Shown piece by piece: positions 18,315 to 24,000 of a stretch of DNA of 24,000 bases. Within the stretch, counting starts at the first letter, position 1. Each line of letters starts with the position of its first letter. The stretch spans positions 68,540 through 92,539 of the forward strand of contig JBEPZX010000003.1 in assembly GCA_041640635.1 (NCBI GenBank), written 5' to 3'. The position numbers and the translations under genes are program-made. The DNA is from Aquificaceae bacterium. GTDB lineage: Bacteria > Aquificota > Aquificia > Aquificales > Aquificaceae. The notes beneath the pieces are model-generated. The model did not search any database. It was not told where the DNA came from and saw only the letters and a list, made by a program, of their open reading frames with translations.

Positions 18315-18397
18315 TGCGGGTGGAGGGAGTCGAACCCTCACGGGTTATCCCCACGGGATCCTAAGTCCCGCGCGTCTGCCAATTCCGCCACACCCGC
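18315..18397 (-). tRNA. tRNA-Leu (anticodon UAG)
   Basis: Reverse complement GCGGGTGTGGCGGAATTGGCAGACGCGCGGGACTTAGGATCCCGTGGGGATAACCCGTGAGGGTTCGACTCCCTCCACCCGCA: acceptor GCGGGTG/CACCCGC, anticodon stem CGGGA/TCCCG with loop CTTAGGA, long class II variable arm, T arm GAGGG/CCCTC. 3' CCA not encoded. Confidence 0.96.
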
Positions 18398-18432
18398 TTT
18401 AAGGTAATAAATTATAAAACATTTACCTTAAA
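18398..18432. promoter_or_regulatory. Divergent promoter region with perfect 10+10 bp inverted repeat around a TTATAA core
   Basis: TTTAAGGTAA (18398-18407) / TTACCTTAAA (18423-18432), 15 nt spacer containing TTATAA (18412-18417). Minus-strand TATAAT at 18416..18411; plus-strand TATAAA at 18413-18418. No convincing -35 on either strand. Confidence 0.6.
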
Positions 18433-18441
18433 ATATTTCTC

Positions 18442-19914
18442 ATGAGTGTACGCATATACAACACGTTAACTGGAAGAGTGGAGGAATTTGTACCAATAAA
18501 TCCCCCTAGGGTTAGTATATACACATGCGGTGTTACTGTTTACGATGACTCTCATGTAGGACACGGTAGAAGTTTGATAGTTTTTGATACATTTAGAAGA
18601 TACCTAGAATACTTGGGATACCACGTAAGATTCATAAGAAACTTTACTGACATAGATGACAAAATAATAAACAGAGCTAGGAGCGAATGCACAGATTTTA
18701 TGTCTATAGCCAACAGGTATATAGCTTCCTACTACCAAGATATGGAAGCAATAAGAGTGAAACCTGCCGACGTGGAACCAAGGGTTACAGAGCACATACA
18801 GGAGATTATACATGTCATACAAACGCTTATACAAAAAGGTTACGCCTATGTATCCGAAGGCGATGTTTACTTTGATGTCTCCTCTTTTCCTGAGTATGGA
18901 AAGCTCTCCAAAAGGAATGTGGAGGAACTTCAAGCTGGAGCGCGTATAGAACCCTCCGAGAAGAAAAAGGATCCTTTGGACTTTGCCCTCTGGAAAGCTG
19001 CAAAGGCTGGTGAACCTGCATGGGACTCACCTTGGGGACCTGGTAGACCTGGTTGGCACACAGAATGCGTAGCTATGATATTTAAACATCTAGGAGAGAC
19101 TATAGACATACACGGTGGTGGCTTAGATTTGGTCTTCCCTCACCATGAAAACGAGATAGCACAGGCAGAAGCTACCACAGGTAAACCTTTTGCTAGGTAT
19201 TGGATGCACAACGGTTTAGTGACCGTTGGTGGACAAAAGATGTCCAAATCACTCGGAAACTACGTGACACTAAAAGAGGTCTACACCAAGTATCATCCCG
19301 ATATACTGAGATTGTTGGTTTTATTTACACACTACAGAAGCCCATTGGATTTTTCATGGGAGAAAATGGAAGAGACAAAACGAGCTTATGAACGCATAAA
19401 AGATTCTTTACTAGACCTTGAAGTTTTAAAAAAACTATCCATAGTAGAATCTAAGGAAATACCAAAGCTCTATGAAAAGGTTAAACAAGTGGAGGAGTCT
19501 TTCTTTAAAGAACTCAGTGAAGATTTTAATACACCTGCTGCTCTATCTCACATATTTTCCCTTGTTACAGACCTAAACAAGATAAAAAACGCTGCCTTCG
19601 AAAGAAGAAGTTTACCCAGTAATGAACTTCAAGCTTATGAATTTGCGGTAAGATCCATTCTTAACAATATGAGAGGAATATTTGGTCTCTTTGAAGACAT
19701 ATATCCAACATGTGAGGTAAAAGAGACGGTAAAAAAAGAGTTATCTGCTGGAGAGGTGCTTGATGAAAAACTAATTAATCTTTTAATAGAAATTAGAGAG
19801 GCCGCAAGGAAAGAAAAGGTTTACAAAATAGCGGATTATATTAGAGATAAGCTCAAGGAAATGAATATAATACTTGAAGATACACCAGCGGGGACTAAAT
19901 GGAAAAGAGTGTAA
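18442..19914 (+). CDS. cysS: Cysteinyl-tRNA synthetase
   Basis: [23 protein letters not shown] (HIGH-like), [50 protein letters not shown]. Confidence 0.96.
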   Translation: MSVRIYNTLTGRVEEFVPINPPRVSIYTCGVTVYDDSHVGHGRSLIVFDTFRRYLEYLGYHVRFIRNFTDIDDKIINRARSECTDFMSIANRYIASYYQDMEAIRVKPADVEPRVTEHIQEIIHVIQTLIQKGYAYVSEGDVYFDVSSFPEYGKLSKRNVEELQAGARIEPSEKKKDPLDFALWKAAKAGEPAWDSPWGPGRPGWHTECVAMIFKHLGETIDIHGGGLDLVFPHHENEIAQAEATTGKPFARYWMHNGLVTVGGQKMSKSLGNYVTLKEVYTKYHPDILRLLVLFTHYRSPLDFSWEKMEETKRAYERIKDSLLDLEVLKKLSIVESKEIPKLYEKVKQVEESFFKELSEDFNTPAALSHIFSLVTDLNKIKNAAFERRSLPSNELQAYEFAVRSILNNMRGIFGLFEDIYPTCEVKETVKKELSAGEVLDEKLINLLIEIREAARKEKVYKIADYIRDKLKEMNIILEDTPAGTKWKRV

Positions 19915-20771
19915 TACCTATATTACTAGATGGAAAGTCTCTTTCTGAAAAGATAAGGGAAGATATCAAAAAAGAAGTTGAAAGCTACACAAAGCTTGGC
20001 TACAGAAAACCTTCATTGGCTGTAGTTCTTGTTGGGAACGATCCTGCCAGCAAAGTGTATGTAGAAAACAAAAGAAAGGCCTGTGAAAAAGCTAACATAG
20101 AATCTTTGCTTTTCCATCTTCCAGAAAATACACAAACAGCTGAGCTTTTGGATCTAATAGCCGAGCTAAATGCCAATCAAAACGTAGATGGTATATTAGT
20201 CCAACTCCCTTTACCAAAACACATGGATGTAAATGAAGTCATACTTACCATATCACCACGAAAAGATGTGGATGGTTTCCATCCTGAAAATATGGGAAGG
20301 CTTGTTGGAAGGTTGGAGGATGGATTCATTCCATGTACACCTTTAGGAATAGATATTCTTTTGAAAAACTATGGAATAGATGTAAAGGGAAAAAATGTAA
20401 CCATTGTAGGTGCAGGCTTTATAGTAGGCAGACCTCTGGCACTTCTTATGCTTTGGAGGGATGCCACAGTTAGCGTATGCCATATACACACCAAAGATAT
20501 ATCTGAGTATACAAAAATAGCTGATATACTTGTTTCTGCTACAGGTGTGCCACATCTAATAAAAGCACATATGGTGAAGGAAGGAGCCATAGTTGTAGAT
20601 GTGGGAATCTCCAAGGTAAATGGTAAGATTGTAGGTGATGTAGATTTTGAAAGCGTTAAAGATAAAGTATATGCCATAACGCCAGTTCCAGGTGGTGTGG
20701 GACCGATGACAGTGAGCTCGTTACTTTTGAATACTCTAAAGGCTTATAAAAAACAACTAAAGTTAGAATGA
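19899..20771 (+). CDS. folD: Bifunctional methylenetetrahydrofolate dehydrogenase / methenyltetrahydrofolate cyclohydrolase
   Basis: [88 protein letters not shown]. Confidence 0.96.
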   Translation: MEKSVIPILLDGKSLSEKIREDIKKEVESYTKLGYRKPSLAVVLVGNDPASKVYVENKRKACEKANIESLLFHLPENTQTAELLDLIAELNANQNVDGILVQLPLPKHMDVNEVILTISPRKDVDGFHPENMGRLVGRLEDGFIPCTPLGIDILLKNYGIDVKGKNVTIVGAGFIVGRPLALLMLWRDATVSVCHIHTKDISEYTKIADILVSATGVPHLIKAHMVKEGAIVVDVGISKVNGKIVGDVDFESVKDKVYAITPVPGGVGPMTVSSLLLNTLKAYKKQLKLE

Positions 20772-22099
20772 ATCAAAAGGAGTGGAGTCCTTATAGAATC
20801 ATACTAGTGTCTTATCTATCCATAATTTTATTAGGCACACTAATGTTAAAACTACCTATATCGACTACAAAAGATATAAGTTTTTTGGATGCTTTCTTTA
20901 CTTCCACTTCTGCAGTAACCGTTACTGGATTGGTGGTTTTAGATACTGAGAAGGACCTTACTCTTTTTGGCAAATTTATCGTGCTTTCACTTATTCAGAT
21001 AGGTGGGCTTGGTTATCTAACTATTACTACGTATACGCTGGTTTTGTTGAGAAGAAAAGTAGGTTTAAAAGAAAGGCTGATTCTCTCTGAATCCATTAAC
21101 TATCCAGGAATATATGGACTCATACGCTTCTTTAAAAGAGTGGTGCCTGTAGTAGTGATACTAGAAATTTTGGGGTTTATAATGCTTATTCCTTCAATGT
21201 ATGACTATTCTAAGAACTTAGGTTTAACACTGTTTTACGCTTTGTTCCACTCTATTTCCGCTTTTAACAACGCAGGCTTTTCTACGTTTTCTAGTAATTT
21301 GGTAAATTTTAGAGCGGACACTTTGGTAAATTTAGTCGTGTGTTTTTTGGTAATTGTAGGAGGGATAGGTTTCTTTGTAGTATATGATTTAATTGCTAAG
21401 ATAAAGGGTGAAGTGATGCATATAAGTACACACACAAAACTTGTTATTGTAGCTTCCTTTTTTTTAATAATCCTAGGAGCTTTGGTAATTTTCATAGATC
21501 TTTACCATTGGCAAAACCTAAGTGTGAAGGAAAAAGTTTTGGCTTCCTTTTTCCATAGCGTAGTTTCCAGAACAGCAGGTTTTAACACCATAGATATATC
21601 TAAACTTTCAGAAGCTACGCTGTTTTTTATCGTAAATCTTATGTTTATAGGAGCATCCCCTGGTGGAACTGGAGGTGGTGTAAAAACTGTAACTATGAGT
21701 GTTATACTCGTAGCTGTGTATTCCTATATAAAAGGTCAAAGCGAAGTTGTTATATTCGAAAGGAGTATATCACAGAGTGTTATATACAAAGCTATGGTTA
21801 TTCTTAGTATAAGTTTTGCATACACAACCATATCGGCTCTAATTGTAAGTTGGATAGAGCACAAACCTTTGCTTCATTGTCTCTTTGAAGTAGTGTCTGC
21901 CTTTTCTACAGTAGGTTTATCTTTAGGAAATAGCAGTGGACTTCTTAGTTTATCAGCTGACTTTTCTTTAGTAGGAAAGTTAATCATCATCTTGACAATG
22001 ATAGTAGGAAGGATCGGTATCCTTAGTTTTATGTTTGCAATTAGTGGAAGGCAAAAAGTTAGCTTCTTAAAACATCCTGAAGCGAGGATACTGATATGA
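20768..22099 (+). CDS. ktrB: Potassium uptake transmembrane subunit, KtrB/TrkH family
   Basis: Four pore-loop selectivity motifs (TVTGL, NNAGF, RTAGF, STVGL) and SPGGTGGGVKT; directly followed by an RCK/TrkA protein. Confidence 0.88.
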   Translation: MNQKEWSPYRIILVSYLSIILLGTLMLKLPISTTKDISFLDAFFTSTSAVTVTGLVVLDTEKDLTLFGKFIVLSLIQIGGLGYLTITTYTLVLLRRKVGLKERLILSESINYPGIYGLIRFFKRVVPVVVILEILGFIMLIPSMYDYSKNLGLTLFYALFHSISAFNNAGFSTFSSNLVNFRADTLVNLVVCFLVIVGGIGFFVVYDLIAKIKGEVMHISTHTKLVIVASFFLIILGALVIFIDLYHWQNLSVKEKVLASFFHSVVSRTAGFNTIDISKLSEATLFFIVNLMFIGASPGGTGGGVKTVTMSVILVAVYSYIKGQSEVVIFERSISQSVIYKAMVILSISFAYTTISALIVSWIEHKPLLHCLFEVVSAFSTVGLSLGNSSGLLSLSADFSLVGKLIIILTMIVGRIGILSFMFAISGRQKVSFLKHPEARILI

Positions 22100-22749
22100 A
22101 AGGAAGGGAAAAAATTTACGGTGTAGTTGGACTTGGAAAGTTTGGGTTTCATGTGGCTAGAAGGTTGGCAGAAGGCGGTGCAGAGATTATAGCGTGTGAT
22201 ATAGACCAAGAAAGAGTGCGTTTAATAAGCGATTACGTGACAAAAGCTTACACTTTGGATGCCACAGAAGAAAGAGCTCTCAAGGAATCGGGTATATACA
22301 CATCAGATGTGGTTATAGTAAGTATAGGTGAGAACATAGAAGCGAACACTTTGGTTGTGATGCAGCTTATGGATTTGGGAGTAAGGGAAATAATAGCTAA
22401 AGCCGTAAATGAACTTCACGGAAAACTTCTCCAAAAGCTTGGAGTGAGTAGAATAATTCATCCTGAAAGGGACATGGCAGAAAGGTTAGCCCACTCTCTG
22501 CTAGTAGGAGGTTTCCTAGAAGAGATTTCTTTAGCACCTGGTTACGGAATATATGAAATAAAACCTTCTTCTCGCATGTTAGATAAAAGCCTAAAGGATA
22601 TAGATTTAAGGAAGAGATACGGTTTAACAGTTTTACTAATCAAGAGAGGTGAGAACATGATAATAAATCCTTCAGGCAATGAAGTTATATTAGAAGGTGA
22701 TATACTTGTTGTTCTTGGAAAGGGTGAAAATTTACTGAAAATCGATTAA
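22096..22749 (+). CDS. ktrA: Potassium uptake regulatory subunit, KtrA/TrkA (RCK_N + RCK_C)
   Basis: YGVVGLGKFGFHVARRLAEGGAEIIACDIDQERV Rossmann fold, DVVIVSIGENIEANTLVVMQLMDLGVREIIAKA, C-terminal RCK_C; 4 bp overlap with ktrB. Confidence 0.9.
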   Translation: MKGREKIYGVVGLGKFGFHVARRLAEGGAEIIACDIDQERVRLISDYVTKAYTLDATEERALKESGIYTSDVVIVSIGENIEANTLVVMQLMDLGVREIIAKAVNELHGKLLQKLGVSRIIHPERDMAERLAHSLLVGGFLEEISLAPGYGIYEIKPSSRMLDKSLKDIDLRKRYGLTVLLIKRGENMIINPSGNEVILEGDILVVLGKGENLLKID

Positions 22750-22772
22750 AGCCTAATATAACTGAATAAAAC

Positions 22773-22801
22773 TTGATTATGGATAAGAAAAGATATATAA
22801 T
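22773..22801 (+). promoter_or_regulatory. Sigma70-type promoter for the CAU tRNA
   Basis: TTGATT (22773-22778), exactly 17 nt spacer, TATAAT (22796-22801), 16 nt upstream of the tRNA 5' end. Confidence 0.65.
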
Positions 22802-22817
22802 ATTTCATTGTTTTGTT

Positions 22818-22889
22818 GGGTGCGTAGCTCAATGGCAGAGCGGGCGGCTCATAACCGCCCGGTTGGGGGTTCGAGTCCTCCCGCACCCA
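22818..22889 (+). tRNA. tRNA with CAU anticodon (elongator Met or lysidine-modified Ile2)
   Basis: GGGTGCGTAGCTCAATGGCAGAGCGGGCGGCTCATAACCGCCCGGTTGGGGGTTCGAGTCCTCCCGCACCCA: acceptor GGGTGCG/CGCACCC, D stem GCTC/GAGC, anticodon stem GGCGG/CCGCC with loop CTCATAA, T arm GGGGG/CCTCC (one G-U). Paired position 1-72 argues against initiator tRNA. CCA not encoded. Confidence 0.93.
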
Positions 22890-23366
22890 TTAATGAAAAA
22901 TCTTACCAACCAGATCACCAAACAAAGCAAAAGCACCTATTCTTGTAGCTCTTGCTATTACACTAGCCAGTAAAAAATTCCAAAAGGGCATCTTGAAGAT
23001 TCCAGAGAGCCAACAAAACAGCTTATAAGGTTCGCCAATTAATACAGCAAAGAAACCGTACCGGTTAAACAAGGCTTCGCCTTTTAAGTAAAGCTTTTCT
23101 CTAAAAATTTTCTTTACTACATTTTCGCCAAGAATCCTTGCCAAAAAGTAAGCAACTACAGCACCCAGTAAGTTACCAACAAAGGCTACAAAACCTGCAG
23201 TGTAAGGACTCAAACCGAAAAGTGAGGCGGAAGCTATAAAAGGGTAAGGCGGAATTGGTTGTATTACGGACTCACTAAAAGAGAGAATAAAGAGGGCTGT
23301 ATAGCCGTAATTTTGAACAAAGTCTTCTGCCCAAGCTTTCAAAGAAGGAAATAAGCTTTCGACCAT
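22890..23366 (-). CDS. YqaA/DedA-like (SNARE-associated/VTT domain) membrane protein
   Basis: 158 aa polytopic protein; YGYTALFILSFSESVIQPIPPYPFIASASLFG...VGNLLGAVVAYFLARILG and NRYGFFAVLIGEPYKLFCWLSGIFKMP are VTT/YqaA-like. Confidence 0.78.
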   Translation of the reverse strand: MVESLFPSLKAWAEDFVQNYGYTALFILSFSESVIQPIPPYPFIASASLFGLSPYTAGFVAFVGNLLGAVVAYFLARILGENVVKKIFREKLYLKGEALFNRYGFFAVLIGEPYKLFCWLSGIFKMPFWNFLLASVIARATRIGAFALFGDLVGKIFH

Positions 23367-24000
23367 TTAAATCTCCATAACCATACCATCGTAAGCGGCA
23401 TACGTTTTTACGCCCGTTTCTTGAGAAATCTCCTGAGCTACTTTATCCGTATCGTAATTTTCTAAAAACTCCCATCCGAAATGGGTTATTACCGCTTTCT
23501 TTGGTTTTAACTCTCTTATTAATATCTTTGCCTCATCGACGGATAAGTGCTCGATATACTTAACCTTTTTATACAGTGTTGTATTTATAATCATAAGGTC
23601 CACGTTTTTTGGATACATTTCTAGCATCCTGTTTTCAAACAATGCACACGATACATACAATACACTGTTGTTAAACAACAAAGCATAGGTATCTGAATTA
23701 TGATGTCTGTGTTTCATTACAGCTTTTACCTTTATATCAAGGTACCTAAGCTCCTTTCCTTCTTCTAAAAAGCCTTCTAAGAAAAGTCTCTCTCTTATGA
23801 ATGGCAATACTACTCTGTTATCTCCATCAAAGGCTTCTCTAGGTGCAAATAAAGCTATGTGTCTTTTTTTCCCTCCATCCGTAGCAGACTCTATAACTGC
23901 ATTTATATCAGAAGAGTGATCCAGGTGTATGTGAGATAACACCACTAAGTCCAATTTTCTAATATCAAATTTCATTTGGTGAAGATAAACAAAACATCCA
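23367..24000 (-). CDS. MBL-fold metallo-hydrolase, partial (N-terminus beyond window)
   Basis: LVVLSHIHLDHSSD (HxHxDH), KHRHHNSDTYALLF, AVITHFG. The tracked ATG at 23975 starts too close to the HxHxDH motif; the frame stays open to the edge (..GCFVYLHQMKFDIRKLD..), so the true start is likely outside the window. Confidence 0.82.
   Translation of the reverse strand, partial: GCFVYLHQMKFDIRKLDLVVLSHIHLDHSSDINAVIESATDGGKKRHIALFAPREAFDGDNRVVLPFIRERLFLEGFLEEGKELRYLDIKVKAVMKHRHHNSDTYALLFNNSVLYVSCALFENRMLEMYPKNVDLMIINTTLYKKVKYIEHLSVDEAKILIRELKPKKAVITHFGWEFLENYDTDKVAQEISQETGVKTYAAYDGMVMEI

Noticed and set aside
20343-20677. Minus-strand ORFs antisense to folD, plus 21235..21495 and 21874..22209 antisense to ktrB
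   Set aside because: No domain signatures; located entirely or mostly opposite strongly supported CDSs.
22773-22973. Plus-strand 66 aa ORF (MIMDKKRYIIFHCFVGCVAQWQSGRL...)
   Set aside because: It reads through the tRNA gene; CVAQWQSGRLITARLGVRVLPHP is a typical conceptual-translation artefact of a tRNA.
1-24000. CRISPR arrays, transposases, phage genes, defence islands or direct-repeat arrays
   Set aside because: None seen on reading either strand; all large ORFs are assignable to core metabolic, proteostasis, envelope, translation or transport functions.

Overview
Window reads as an ordinary, gene-dense housekeeping stretch of a thermophilic Aquificae-type bacterium (lineage is inference, from protein content such as the HARP-family protein, BioW and ClpC/HDAC homologs). 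Supported content: partial radA start at the left edge (minus, missed by the ORF track), bioW, a GT2 glycosyltransferase, hemN, an Opp/Dpp-type ABC ATPase, a CNNM/CorC-type membrane protein, rpoN, an HDAC/AcuC-type deacetylase, a 2-TM small protein, clpC, a nitrilase-family hydrolase, an SSS symporter, a 192-aa protein strongly resembling Aquifex protein-only RNase P (HARP, Aq_880), mqnD, lpxD, skp/ompH, clpX, clpP, tig, tRNA-Leu(UAG), cysS, folD, ktrB/trkH, ktrA/trkA, a CAU-anticodon tRNA, a YqaA/DedA-like membrane protein and a right-edge-truncated MBL-fold protein. I see no CRISPR array, mobile element, phage region or obvious undescribed multigene defence system. The points most worth a second look are: HARP at the 3' end of a tRNA-Leu-tig-clpP-clpX-skp-lpxD-mqnD gene array, a 10+10 bp perfect inverted repeat centred on a palindromic TTATAA in the divergent tRNA-Leu/cysS promoter region, very short divergent intergenic regions with overlapping back-to-back -10 elements, and a divergent Region I in the sigma-54 protein.
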